From the NCBI RefSeq assembly GCF_009914755.1, contig NC_060933.1: 64,000 bases of DNA; one strand, given 5' to 3'. Position 1 is the stretch's first letter. Every line of letters begins with the position of its first letter. The notes under the pieces are model-generated. The model was not told the origin of the DNA and made no database searches. It worked only from the letters and a program-made list of their open reading frames with translations. Positions 20,425 through 36,879 of this stretch are shown here, piece after piece. The position numbers and the translations under genes are program-made. Origin of the DNA: the human T2T-CHM13v2.0 reference genome, Homo sapiens.

Positions 20425-20765
20425 TTCTAGCTTTTTTGAGTTACAACTGACAAATAAAAATTGTATATATTTAAGGTATACAATGTGATGTTTTAATATA
20501 TGTATACTTTGTAAAAGGATCACCACAATCAAGCTGTTAATAAATCCATCACCTCATAGTTGCCTTTTTTGTGTAGTGTGAACACTTCGGATCTACTCTC
20601 TTAGCAAATTTCAAGTATACTATACAGTGTTACTAACTATAGTCATCACGATGTACATCAAGATCCCAGGAACTTATTCATCATGTGAAACTGACACTTT
20701 CTACCTTACATATATTCCATATATAAGTGAGATCTTGCAGGATTTGTCCTTCTGCCATTATCTCA
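20425..20765 (-). mobile_element. L1MA/MB-type 3' end fragment
   Basis: aaaattgtatatatttaaggtatacaatgtgatg...atctactctcttagcaaatttcaagtatac. Confidence 0.7.
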
Positions 20766-20983
20766 TTCTTGATCACCCTGGAAGCCACCCTTCCACATCC
20801 CCCAGAAAACCAGAAGGTTGGCTGTCAATCATTCATTCCATTGATAAACACTACTGTGCACCTGAGATGTGCCAGGCTGCATTCAGAGAACTGGGGACAG
20901 GTAGCTATTCAAGAGAAGCCTCTCTCCTCTAGGAAGAGCTCAGTCTGGTGGGCAAATGGGCATGTAGACATCTAACGCTGCTA

Positions 20984-21316
<333 letters not shown>

Positions 21317-21487
21317 TCAGGGATGGGGACAGAAAGGAGGGTAGGGGAAGGGAGAAAAGGGCAGTGCAAGGGTTGGGGATGAGAAGAGAAAGAAACATCT
21401 TATTTTCTTGACCTCTCAAAAGCCATGTCCCAGAACATATTTTGTCTGATGTCATCTCAAAGCCTTGGGATGAGCTTGCCAGAACCT

Positions 21488-21650
21488 GGCTACCCAATCT
21501 GTGGTCCAGGGACGAGCAGCATCAGCATTACTGGAGACATTGTTGGAAATGCGGATTCTGAGACCCCTCTGCCGACCTGCAGAATTCAAATCTACAGCTT
21601 CACAAGATGCCCAGGTGATTCCTATGCTCACTAAAGTTTGAGAAGCACAG
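21488..21650. mobile_element. MER5-family hAT DNA transposon
   Basis: cagcagcatcagcattactggagac...ccaggtgattcctatgctcactaaagtttgagaagcac. Confidence 0.75.
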
Positions 21651-21944
21651 CCTGGAGTTAGTGAAGCCCCTGGGGCTGGGCTTCGTTTCACCGGGATTAT
21701 CTTCCAGTTTATAGATAAAAGAATGCTTTCTCTGAACAGCTACATCTCATTGTGGTTGAGCCTATCAGGAACTGCTCTCATCCTCGATAACTGACTCATT
21801 TCTAAAACTCCCCGAACTCTAGTGTAGAAATTGAACAGCCCTCTTCCGCCTTGGGAGAAAAGGTACTGTATGTGAAGTTCCCTATCTTGGTCTCAGTAAA
21901 GTGTCAGGCAATGAAAAAGCATTAAGATGAAAAACTCGAGTCTG

Positions 21945-22275
<331 letters not shown>

Positions 22276-25200
22276 CTAGCTATGTCCCTCGTCAGCTTAC
22301 AGCCTTTGAAAAGTCACGTCATGTCTCTGAGTACTCAACTTCTCCATGCTTCACGGAGCTCGCTGAGACACAACTTGGCTTGGTTTTGGTAACCCTGGGG
22401 GGCAGTAGATGCTTATACCATGGCCTGGACACTGCCCTCTACTCATCATCAAGACAGCAAAGCTACAACAGTGTGTGGTGAGGCACAAATCCTATGCCAC
22501 ACAAGAGGGTGCCCTGCATAGAACAGTCCCAACAGCGTGAGTCAGAAACCCTAGGCAGTGTCTGTGACTGCCACTCAACAGGCATCAATGACCCAGGCAG
22601 CGTTCTGTCTTACATGCAAATGTATTCCGGCACTTTGTGGAGTTCTCAGCCCCAATGCTATTATGAAATATTTATAGAGTACTTTGTATTTCCAAACATT
22701 TCACAAGAAATCATTAATAAATCCCTGTATTCCTGGAAATGTCACTGCGTGTTCACACCGCCTGGGAAGACTGAGCTATAGAGCACAGAGGGGAGGGGAA
22801 GGGCCACGAGGCCCTGCACCCAGCCTGGAAAGCTCCATATGCCTAGCTTTCAACCTCACAGCCTGCTGGTTCCTGTGAGTGGCGTGGTCCAGCACTCTCT
22901 AGGTCCTAAGCTTTGCCTTCTGCCTCCAGAAGGGAACTAGGCTCTCCAGAGGTGGGTCAGAGGCCACAAGGATTTTTTTTCTCCAGAGAGGGGGCATCTA
23001 GCACACTCCACAAGAACACAATTAGGTGAGGTGGACAGCTTTTCCCAACTTTTTCTTTTCATAACCTGTACGAGGCATACAGACAGAAAGGGGACAGAGA
23101 ACCAGGCCATTTTGCCTTTTGTTGCTTATTGGAACAGCCCTAGAGATTTTTAAATAACAGTGAGTCAAAACACTCACTTCTCTTTCCACAGGCAGCCTCA
23201 CCACCAACCCACCACTCCCCAATCAAAAAAAAAAATTTCTTCCCACATAAAGCCAGCAAATCTTTCTAAAGAAGCACCATAAATTATTGAGTTATTCCAA
23301 ACTATTGACTCTTCCCAGCACCCGTTTCAGGGGTAAACTCTTACTCTTTCTCCTACACCTCAGCTCACACTCCAAACTTTATCTGGGAAGTGCTTCCTGA
23401 CTCTCAGGGAGGGATGGCTCTTCATCCTTTAGCCCACGGATGATGGTGGTATTTGAACATCATCGGTTGAGTGAATGAATGAAACTGACTTACTGCTTTC
23501 TCAATCCAGCACAATGTCCTTTGTCCTCCCTTTCCCCCATCCCAGTCTCTTCTCAACCCAACAACCAGAGTGTAAACAGTCTAAACTCTAGATCACATCA
23601 TGTCCCCTCCCTCAAGCCCTCCGCTGGATTCTCATCTCACCCAGCAGGAATCCAAAGTCTTGCCAGGCCTGTATGGCACTCACCTCCTCCTGCTCTGAGC
23701 TCCTCTCCTCCCCCCACCACTTGCTCACTTTCCCTGGTCCTTAAACACATTCCTTAGGCATGCTCTAGCATCAATGTCTTTGTATCTGCCATTCTTCCTG
23801 TTCGGAGTTTCCTTCCCTCACCACAGACATGCTATCATCTCCTTCAGGTCCAACTGTCACCTTAGAGAGAGCTTTCCTAATCACCCCCTTTAAAAAAAGC
23901 ACCTTCTCATGCTCTATGCCCCTTACCCTGCTTTTTCTTCACTGCATATATCCCTCCTGTGGCATTGTACACTGACCTGTTTGTTTCTGTCTCTCACCCT
24001 ATACGTGCCCCAAGAAAGCAGAGAAGTTAGCGTGTTCACTGCTGAGTCCTCAACACCTAGCAATGCCAGGCAGCTGGTCGGTGCTGGGTGGACATCTGAG
24101 ATGCTGCCTCCCTGTCCTCCCTTCCCATCACCCAGATGTGAAACTCAGGTCAGCTTTCATTCATCTTATTCCTCAAGTCCTCATTTCCTCCCAATTTCCA
24201 GGTTCTGCTAGTGCGTATTTTCTTTCTTGGAAGGTTCTCCTTTCTATTCCAGTCGCTACTGGAGTTTTTCACGAAGCAGGCAACAACACAGGCTTTGGAA
24301 TCCAACAGTTCTGGGTTTGAATCCCAGTTTTGTCAATTAACTCATTGGGTGACTGGAAAAGTTGCCTAACCTTTCTGAGCCTTGGTGCCATCTGCAAAAT
24401 GGACATGATGAGACCCACTCAGGTTTGTCATGTGGAGCATACAGGGAAATGGGTGACACTGTCTGAACCTAGGCAGCTTCTCAGAAGACATTCACTCCCT
24501 TTTTCTTTTCCTTTCAAGGGTTGTGCTTTGGTCAAAATTATCAACTTTCCACACGCTGACTGGACAAACAAGTGCATTTATTGATCTTCTCCCATTTATC
24601 TCACAGAAATAGCAAGTCAGACAATGAGTAACTTTTGATCAAAGGGATCTGGAGGTGTTCTATTGAAAGAGGCAGATGGTCCTTGCTTGTCCTGGACCAG
24701 GAGCAAGCAGGGCACAAGAAACAGCTGCCAAGAAAAACGTATATTGTTCACTTGGAGAGTTTCCACCACATCAGCAATGGGAACATCACCTGCTTCCAAT
24801 TTTTTTTTTTAATGCCAGAAAAAAAAAAAAAACCAGGGCCAGTGATGTAAGTGAAAACAGCTGTAACCAAACCCTGAGTTTAGAGGCAGCCTCCCCTGTT
24901 ACAGACCCTGCTTTGCTTTCTCTAAGGCCAGAAATGAACAAGGGACAGAGGGCTGCGAGGGGATCTGCAGAGCAATGCAAGGCATGTCAATGTCAGCTAA
25001 CAGGGCCCTAGAGAAATAGCTACGGACTTGCAAAACAGTTTCTCTTTCTCATTCTCCCCCTGGAAGAACCCCAGTTGGTCCAGCTTCTCTACCTAGTAAA
25101 AAAGGTTACCAGCCTTCATAACCAGGGTAACAAATGGCAAGCTGAAAGAAGGCTTCTCCTCTGGAAAAGGAACCCAAAAGTCAGACCTCATCAGTCAGAA

Positions 25201-26141
25201 ACACGTGAGCAGAATTCAAAGAAAGAAAGTAGAACAGGACAGGAAGAAATACACTAACGTATCAATAGTGTTTGATCTCAGCATTTTTGTATTTTCCAAG
25301 TCTTCAGCATTTTCCACAATGAACATGCAATACTTTCATTGTTAGAAAACATAAAGTTCGTTTTTGATATTTGAAAAAATGATGCAAGCACCAAAAAATG
25401 GGTAGGTTAGATACAAGCACCAAAAAAAGAAAAACGGATTAGAGAAGCAGCTAAAAATAAGGGTGGACCAAGTCTGAGACAATTTCCCCACAAATTATTA
25501 TTTTCCAATATCCTACACGTTAAAGTCTGTATTGTTTGTGAGCACTGCCCCCTGGCTCAGCTTCCTATGCTGGGGGACACCAGACAGTTCCTCGCTTCCA
25601 AGCCTAATTTGAGACAAGGCTGGGAGTCAGAAAGGTGGAGTGTGCACTGGCTGGGAGTCAGAGCTAACTGCTTTTGCAAGTGCCTACAGGCCCTCTGATC
25701 CTAGGACAGAGATTACTCTGATACATTTGTCAACATGTGGACCTAAAAGGCAAACTCAACTTAATGTTCATTAAGAGACCATATTCCCATAGTTGAACCT
25801 CAGAAGCCAGATGCTTTCAAGGGAAAGGGCTGAATTAGGGGTACCACGTTATTCCTGTTAGTTAGCAAGCATGTGTGTTGGTAAAATGATTGGCCTTGCT
25901 ACTGAAGAAGCAATATGGAGAAATTGCTGGTCAGACAAAAGCAGTGCATGGGCAGTGGCAGAGATAATTCTCCTCTTTACAAATGTATGATTACCTAGGG
26001 GCAAAAAGAAAAAATGGAGAAGGTTCTAAACTAGATATCCAGCTGTTAGCCACTAACCAATTAGCTCTGAGACATCTATGAGTTTTAGGTTTCTTCATTT
26101 CTAAAATAAGGAAATCAAAACATTATTGTTTACATCACTTA

Positions 26142-26435
<294 letters not shown>

Positions 26436-29056
26436 TTAAAACTGTTCACAATCTTGAGTTTAACAAACAAGAAACCGACTCCTAACCAAAACTAAAGACA
26501 CTACAATTATTTCTAACTGTAAGTTTGCATTTTGTTCATTTTCAAACTCATTCTTTGATTAATGGTTTTAAATGAAGTAGGAATATTGTACTTAAAACTA
26601 GTTAATATGCAATAGATTAAAAGGATCTCATGTGGGCTGGGGGGATGTGTCCAATACAACTCTGACCGCAAATTCCCAAATCTGTCTGCGTCTGCAAGAT
26701 GGGTAATACGGGAATGGCTTTGAGAAACAAGTTAATGACGGCTCACAAGAAAGGAAGAAAATATAAAGTTTAAAGCTGTCAAAAATAGGGAAAGATGGAA
26801 TTCTGTCACTCTGTTCAAGTCAGCACTGTTTCTAACACTGGAAATTGAATGTAGAACACTTATTTTTACATCGAGTTTTAGTCAAATCTTTATATGTACC
26901 AATTCATATATTTAATTGCTGTTATATGTCACCTAACTGCACAGCAGATATAGGACAATAATTCATTAGAACAGGGAAAAGATAAATTAGGGCAGAAAGC
27001 ATAAGCTAAAGAAAAAAAAGAACAATAATTTACAGACTGTGAAGTCAGAATTGCTATAGCTGAGGAGCCTCAAGTTGGGTTCTGAGTGTTCAGGCTTCCA
27101 AAGAGAAAAAGACGTGAGATCAGTTTCTTCACTGTTATTTGTCAAGCAGGAAAAAAGTATCCAGGGAAAATCCACCTTTCTTGATGTTTCTATGAGCATT
27201 GTTTTATTCAATATCATATCAGACATCTCTGAAGTTTAGAGAAGGTTGGGCTATTTTGACATTTGTCATATCAGAGACTGCTGTGAAATTATAATGTAGA
27301 CTACACAAGAAAATGTCTAGAAGTGGCTGGGACTCACTATCTCTGAGAAATAGCTGCCTGGGATGTTTTCTTTCAAAGAGAATTCCAAATGCAGAAGGGA
27401 TTGAGTATCATTCTGATCATCACAATATCCAAGCATAATCCTCAATGTGCATTTCTAAGAAAACCTGCCTAAAGGTTCTATGAAAGAACTTGTCCAGCTC
27501 ATTCATCTCTTCTGGAACGGGTTCTTCACCAGAGTCCCAGGACTCCCACATTCACAGTCCTCAAAGGGACCTACGCGGTCTCCCTTAAACGTCAGACTCA
27601 GATAGGCCTCTGTGATACGCAGAGGTGTTCATGATTGTTCCTTCCATAGAGAGTAATTCATGAGCAAAAACAGGTGAGGTGTTTTGTTTCTACTTTCTCT
27701 CTTTGGGTTCACTTTATAACTAAAGGTTAACACACTAGAAGCCGAACCTAGGGAGAACTTGCCTGGAAAACTATTACAAACACAAACTGAGAGATCTTAA
27801 TTGAAAGCTATAGGAGGTAAAGTGTTTTTGTGTTTACCGTTAGGCCTACAAGATGACAGATGTTCAAGACAGCATAGCAAAAACAAAACAAACCCAGGAC
27901 AAAACAAGAAACGCCAGATCCACATAACCTAAATTTAAGAAAAACTTAAAAACGTGGTAGTTAATCCACTTCTTTTATAAGGACTCAATGGAAATAAGAT
28001 TGTTAGGATTCTTGTCACTCACTCTCCCCCGCCACCCTGTGCCCCAATTCTCCAGTCATGGGAACCTGGGGTAGCTATAGAACCCTGGGCAAATGACTCA
28101 AATTCCCCATCCTTCCATTTTCTCGACTATGCAGCAAAGTTTAAAATGCTGTGCACATATCACAGAGTTTTTATAAGCACTAAAACTAGAGGATATGTAC
28201 AAAGCCCCTCGCACAGTGCCTGGCACATGGTAATTCCTCACAATTGTCAACAATGTCATCCCCTGCCTTTTTCTTCCCTTGCATGAAAGTTTACTGCCAA
28301 AACTGGAGGGCTTTTGTCTGCAAACAGGGTTTTCAACTTCTTAAAAAGACAAACATCCTTTCTCTGTTTCTCGGCAAGGTCTTAAACTTTTTCTTCTATT
28401 GAAATGTCCTTCCTCTGCTAGGCAGAGAGCTAGAGCTATCATCACACAGCATATCAGCCACACTCCAATGTGCTGTCTCTAATTGTATAATTACTCCCCA
28501 CCACAAGGTGAAGACATCCTCATCCTGATTCCTGAAGGCTTGGGATAAAATGCCTTTCTCCCCTTCTAACCCTTTTCTTTTACTGAGCATTTGCCAAACG
28601 GCAAAATAAAAGATAATACTAAGTGGATGAAATATACATGATATGCATAATAGGTTGTGTATAGATATACTATATGCATCCATGTATGTTTTTACGTATA
28701 TGTCTATATGTATAGACATACATACACACATATATCTTACACATATTAACTGGCCTCAAAGTTGACATTTCAGTTGAAAAACCTGAAGGAAAACTCAATC
28801 CCTATGGTAGGTATGTGTATACTTATATGTGCACACACACACACATATACATCTTTATCTTAATGTATATTCATTATGTACCTTCTCTTTAAAGCAGGTG
28901 ATGTTTTTACAGCAGTGGTATAGCTTCCCTTGTAATTAAATTTAATTATCCAAAAGAAGTGACTTAATTTAAAAAATATATTAACTAAAAATGCTACCAG
29001 CTGCACTTGAATATGACCAAAATCATGGCAGAATTGTAAATGACTGGGATTCACTA

Positions 29057-29524
<468 letters not shown>

Positions 29525-30885
29525 ACCATGTTCACAAAGCCTCCCTTCCCAGTATGCTTTGCGCCAACGTGCTTGGTGGTATATTCTGTGTCTGGTCCGC
29601 ATACTACAATCTGCTTCAGACTCTGAAGCAGTGAAGAGGCCACTCGGTTCACCTGGCCCTGAGTAGGACCCAAGATGGTGCCAAACACATGGGGTGCCAG
29701 GTTTGTCACACCAATTAGATACAGTAGTCACCAAGTGCAGATGTTTCTAAAAACCCCAAACCCAACATTCACCCATTGTCACCATTACCGGTCATCTGTC
29801 TCCTGAAGGGTACAAATCAGTGAATGGGTCTGTTGTTTGTATAAAAGGTCTTCTCCAACTTAATGAATTTACATCTTCAAGGGCAATAGTTTTTCCAACA
29901 TCTTTAGGACTTTTAGTTTAAATTTCTTAACTCTGGAGCAAGCTTATTCTCCTTCTCTTAAAAGCCCCACACTTCAGCAAAACTCCAGGCACACAGCAGG
30001 GCCTAAAGCATGACTGTTTAACCCAGGAATGTAATTGAGCATGGATGTAAACATAGGTCCTTATTAAGTTTGCTGTGGGCATCAGATTTTTACATTAGCA
30101 GACACAAATTCAATGCCATATCTTATGATATGACCTTCTTATCAGTAGTCTGTATGTTGGGTTTGACTGCTTGTTTAATTTGACTGTTTTTGGTTTTGGT
30201 CTCCAACAGAAACATTGGCTGAACCCACCCATGAGTAATAAGGTAGAACAGTCAATGCCATTGTTAGAATCATTTTTAAACTAGTTCTTTATTCGAGATT
30301 AAGTGCTCAGCATTTACTAATAATATTGGCAATCTGTAGTCAATATAAACAAATTTCCATTTTCAAAGGAATATTGGTTGGAGTTACACAATCAGGCATG
30401 GATTGACATCACAGGGTTAACAAAACACACATGATTCAAATTCTACATCAAGTTTAAAGCTTGGATTATCCAGATATTTTGCTCATGACTTAATTTTACT
30501 TTTCTGTGCATCCAAAACATACCATAACCTGAAAAAATAAGCCAAAGACTAGAAGCATGGATTTTTAAAAGTTTAGTATAAAAATAGAATACTATGGCAA
30601 AAATTAACCAGATTCCACATGTATCAACATTGATAAATCTCAAGAACATAATTCCAAATGAAGTGGCAGGCCAATATGCACACTTATACAATGTGAACAC
30701 ATTTAGGCCAGTACCAAATATTGTTATACATAGAATGTAAGTATACATGATATAGAGGATTAAAACATCCAACTGCAAGACAAGAGTTATCTCTGAAGAA
30801 TGAGCTAGGGAAACAGAGGTGGCATCAGCTGTACCTGTAATGTTTTATTTCTTAAATAGAACCTGGAGTCAGCACGGCAAAATGA

Positions 30886-31294
<409 letters not shown>

Positions 31295-34200
31295 TAAAAG
31301 AGGAAGGACAGGTGAGCAGGAAGAAAGGAAGGGTAAAGAATCTATGTTGGCCTGAGCACATATCAGATCTAACAGACAGATAACTTCCTTGAATAAAATT
31401 AACCCCAGGAAAGAATTCATGCCTTGAAACTAGAACACAAAATACGGTCTGAGAATCATGTGTCTGCACCTGCTATTAACTGTGCTCTCCTGCTCATGCT
31501 TACTTGACGAAGGCAGACAAAACTTGCCAAATCCTATTTCCAAAGAGCTTCAGTAAAAAATTCACAGCTTGGAATTCCTACTATTATTTTTCTAACCAAA
31601 AACATTCTCTTGGCTATGAACTCACATAGGTCTCCATTGCACCCAGGAGACAAGTGACTTTCTTATACGAAGTAAAGGAAATGGGAAAAAGAAGGAAAAT
31701 AAAACCTTTAGTGAGGGACTATATTTTCTGAGTTAAGATAACAGGAATTCATGTATGACTCAATATTTTCAGATCATAACTGTAATGTCATTACAGGAAG
31801 AATGCACAAATGCTTACTGTTATTATTCAAAAGCTCCCACCCACTTCTGCAAAATGTGTTAATCACAACATACCATGTTTCCTAAAAGCATGGCATTCTG
31901 TGACATTGGCCCCAGAAAGATAAAGGCTGTTGTGCCCCATTCTTTCTGGGTCTAAGAGATGGCTTCATTATATTCTTTCCATCCTCATGAACTTAGTTCT
32001 GCTCCAAAGGCCATTCACATTCACAGAAATGCTCTGTTTCGTATTCACCTCATCAAGTCACTCAGCCTGTGGAGCCTTTAATGGCTCCCTTTACTCTGAG
32101 GATAAGGCCCTATATCCTCACATGGCTCGTGAAGAAAGACCTGCCTCAGCCGACCTTTGCCCACCTCTGCAGGCATCACGTCTCATCGTTCCTTCTCCCA
32201 TCAAACTCCCCACAGCTATATCTGCTCCATGCTGAACTATCTCAATCAGGTACAGTTCCCCTAAATGCCACCTTCTCTTCCCTCTCCTCTCTGGACCAAT
32301 GCATATACTATGTCCTCTACCTGGAACATTCTACTCCCTGTTCTTTACCTGGCTGACATCCATTCTTTAGGTCCCCACTTAGAGGATGTTTCTTTCCTGA
32401 CTGGAAAGACTGCAGTAGGAGGCCCCATCAGGGACTGTATCACACCCAGCAGAGCGTCTCCTGCTCTATACGGCAGCTGCTCCTTTCCTGGTCTGTCCCA
32501 CCCATTCCCCAACCAGGAATGAAACAGAGAGGGCTGGACCTTGCACATGACTACCTCCCTGGGCCAGAGCATGGCACTGATTAGGGCTCAGTAAATGTTT
32601 ACTAAATGAATGAATGCATTTGTTAATCCATTATCACTACACGAAATGAACACTGGAAGATAATATTACAATGCATTAGGAGTCACAGCCAAATAGAAGT
32701 AGAAAACACATCTGTGCAATTAAAATGCAACTGAAAATATTTTCAACTTATAAAAATCTCATCTACATCTAAATTTTTCAGGAATTCTATGACAAAATGA
32801 GACGTGGGTATACATATATTGGAATAGTATTTTCAACACAATACACAATTTTGTTTTCCTCCTGGGAATGCATGTTACAATGTGTTCATTGAAACATTTC
32901 AAATGTCCTTTAAATATCTTCATAAAGTAGACAAAAATCTCTACTTCACTTTGACCATATGCAAAATCCAACTCAGGCTGGGATTAGTATGTTTTAGTTC
33001 AAACTGAAAACAAGTAAACCACAAATCAAAGACTATCACCACCCAGGAGTAATTGCTATCTCTTTCTGGTGATTTCTATGACAGTAAAGATTTCCTCTGG
33101 GAAACATTTTAATATTTTTTATTGAAATACGAAATTATAAGACTACATTTCTAAGGAATATTCTAATCTTTTAAAAAATAAATCAACAACCTAAATATTA
33201 ACTTTCAAATTAGATGTGTTTAACGCATTCAAACGCTTCATTTTTTGCTGTTTCTAAACATAGTTAAATACATCTACTACCACATAATTCAGAGGAAAAA
33301 ATTAAACCTGTATCTTAGATCTGGCAACAATATTTAATGAAGAAATAGTATAACTAAGGTGAAAATGTCTGTGTAAATGGAGTTGAGCAGTCATATTAAC
33401 ACACTGCTATATCTACCAGCTAGTGCTCTTCTTTTCCCATAAGAATGAGGTGAACATAGAGTCTGAAGAGTAAATCTACACAGTGTGTCATTCCACCCAT
33501 TACCAACCCATGGGGATTGCGGCTGCTTGCTGGGAGAAAGCAAGTAAACAGGTGGGCAGTCAAATCACACAAAGCCAAACAAAATCTGATACTTTCCAAC
33601 AATGTCCGGGTTCCAGACAGGAGAACACGAGCAAGTGTTCTCTCCTGCAAAAACCCACACAGACGCTTTAAGGACTGCATGTAACAAGCTGAAGTATCTA
33701 GCCCTAAAAAGCCATGAGGCTGAAGGTAACAACAAGCCCCATCTGTATTCTGGGTCCTTGTCTAAGAGTCAAGAAGAAGCTAAATAAAGACCCCTCAAGA
33801 CAAGGATGACTTTGTTCACTCCTTATCCATCTGCTTCTTCGATCTGTACACAGCTCAGCTGTGACATTACTTGTCTTCTGGGAGCCTCGGGGCACCCTCA
33901 CTTTCCCTTCTTTCCCTCATGAACCAAGATCCACTTGGTGGGAATGTGCTAGGCACACTGGAAGACACGTGGACAGTGGAACCACTGGTTCCACAAAAAC
34001 CACTTCTTTTTTTTCCCCACGTTATTGAGATGGAGATAAATCTGCATGCCTGGACTTCCAACCTTAAGGATCAGACACCATTTTCACATCACTGAGGCAA
34101 TGGTGAGTCAAGGACAGAGCCCAAACCTAGCTCATTCAACCCCACATTCCTCCCACTACAGCCCACAGTGTCTGTGTTGGCAAAGACTGCTGTGAGGGAG

Positions 34201-34654
34201 CTGGTCGAGAGGTCATCAGTGAAACTGGAACGAGGACAGCTCTCACTCTGTAGACCCAGGACCTACAAAGAATTCCTCAAATTCCCAGACTCAGCCTTCA
34301 GCCTGGATCTCAATGCCCATCAGAATGAAAGCTCCAAGTGCATCACAACTGCCTTGTTGGTGGTCGAACTTCAGTGCCTAGAACAGTGCTGGTATAAAGC
34401 AGACATACAATAAACACTTGATGGATTTTTTTCGATGAATGTCTCATACCTAGTTCAGAGATGTTCTCCTCCCAAAGTCACCTCTGTTTGGTTTGTACAT
34501 TAAAAACCCTAATAGGTGATGCTTATTATGCTTTAGAGTCACTTTCCAAATATGGGCAAGAAAAAGCAGAGAGCTGCAGAGGGGTCAACAAAAGCCAAAG
34601 GCACTGAGGGAACACTTCAAATATATGATAAACTATTCCTTCCAATCAAGAAAG

Positions 34655-35265
34655 CTACAGCAGACTGAATATCCCCTGCAAAGATGTCCACACCCTATTC
34701 CTGGAGTCTGTGAATATGCACATTTCATAGCAAATGCACTGTGTAGATGTAATTAAAGTTATGAACCTCAAAATAAGGAGATTATCCTGGATTATGTGAA
34801 TGGGCCCAAACTAAACACCTGAGCCCTTAAAAGTAAAGAACTTTCTCTGACTGGAGACAGATGTGACAGGAGGCGTCAGAGGTTTAAAGTGTGAGAGATA
34901 CTCAACCCACTTGTGGGAGAGGAGTCACATGAAAAGCATAAGAAGGAATGATGGCAACCTTTAGGAGCAAAAACCAGCCCCTGCTGACAGCCAGCAAGGA
35001 AATGGACTTCAGTCCTACAACTGCACGGGACTGAATTCATCTGATATCCTGGATGAGCTCCAAAGCAGATTCATCTTCAGAGCCCCCCCAAAAAAACACA
35101 GCCCCACAAACACCTTGATATCAGCCCTGTGAGCCTCTAAGAAGTAGACCTAGGTGAGCTCTACTGTATCCTGGCTTCTGGCCTTATGAAATAATAAATG
35201 TATGTGGTTATAAACTGCTAAGTATTTGGTGACTTGTTATAGTAGCAATAAAAAAAAAAAGTACA
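34655..35265 (+). mobile_element. MaLR LTR (MLT1-like)
   Basis: aaagatgtccacaccctattcctgg, ggagattatcctggattat, cagccagcaaggaaatggacttcagtcctacaactgca, 3' ttgttatagtagcaata. Confidence 0.75.
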
Positions 35266-35954
35266 ATCGGAAGCAAATCAATCTCTCGGGCCAAAATTTG
35301 CTGGTCCACTACTATGGCTCCTTCCTGCAGTCCAAAACAGATTGGAGGTTTCTGTGAGACAGGAAGGTGGCCCTCTCCTCGCTCTGGGAAAGGTACATGC
35401 TGCTTTAGGAAGGACCCAAGAGAAAGTTAAGAAAAGTTCACCTGCCCAGCACACTCTACAGCAAAATACACCTTGCTGAGCAGCAAGACAAAAGAAGCCC
35501 CTGCCAGGTGGCCCTGAGCTCCTCCTAGAAGTTGTTAACTCAACAGTACAAATACAATGAGCGCACTCCATAACAAGTCTCCCTCATGACTAAGTGCATT
35601 TATCCCACAGATAATATTTCATATATCCACCCACCTTTGTTCTCATCAAAAGGATATCTTTTGAGTTGAGTCCAGCTCCTAGAAAATACCTGACACATAA
35701 TAAGAACTGAATAAATATTGCTCAATGCATGAGTAAGATTTTTAAGTAAAAAGCAGAGAACACCTAATGGAAACTGCTCTTAACCCCAGGGAACTTTAAA
35801 AACACAACAGCGTTCTGACATCCAGTATTAATTTTCACACAAGGTACGGACTGAGACATAAATAAGAATCTTTGGGTGAAAAGTCTTGACAATATCTGAG
35901 CAAGAATGCAGTTTTTCACTGAAATACTCACCAGGACCACTTCGCTTGGTATGA

Positions 35955-36295
<341 letters not shown>

Positions 36296-36507
36296 GAAAA
36301 CTTCTATCTTGACGCAATTGTTTTCAAGGACATAATTTCTACTACTCATGTCAATTAAATTATCAACTTCTATTTATTGAGCACCTATTGTGTGCCAGGC
36401 CCCACACCAGGCTCTTCATATGTGTAACCAATAATCACAACAAAGAGTCAAATATATTATGTGTATGTAGAAGAAGAGAAAACTGAGGCTTACAGGGACT
36501 AAATAAT

Positions 36508-36879
36508 TTATCCGACATCAATGCTGGTAAAATATTCAAATGCAATATTCAAACCCAGACCCAGCTGACCCTCCCACACTGCCATACTTTCCCCATGTTG
36601 CCAAAACACTGCTTTCCAGAGCACCCAGATTCTGAAGGAGGCCCAGGAGAAACTCACAATACCCTTGGCTGGAAACAGGGAAACACTCACGCACACACAA
36701 AAGGAGAAATGTTTCAAAATATGTCTCTCGTGAAATTCCACTTTTGGTACAGAAGCACATATTGAAAGAAGAGTTTCTCTCCCCATCATGTTGGGCTTTG
36801 CATCTCCGGTTGCTGCTACTGCTGCACTTCTTGGCACAGTTAACTGCCCATGTGCAATGTCATCACATGTCACATCCAT
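36508..36879 (-). CDS. ABCA1: Candidate alternative terminal exon in intron 7 (123 codons, MDVTCDD...TSIDVG*) giving a 363-aa truncated ABCA1 isoform
   Basis: AG immediately before the ORF start (36880-36881); phase 0 matches the exon 7 donor; AATAAA on the minus strand at 36373-36378; I recall a short annotated ABCA1 isoform of this form but cannot verify it. Confidence 0.6.
   Translation of the reverse strand: MDVTCDDIAHGQLTVPRSAAVAATGDAKPNMMGRETLLSICASVPKVEFHERHILKHFSFCVCVSVSLFPAKGIVSFSWASFRIWVLWKAVFWQHGESMAVWEGQLGLGLNIAFEYFTSIDVG

Noticed and set aside
24800-24832. T11-spacer-A14 mini-hairpin resembling a terminator
   Set aside because: Low-complexity chance arrangement; bacterial terminator logic does not apply here
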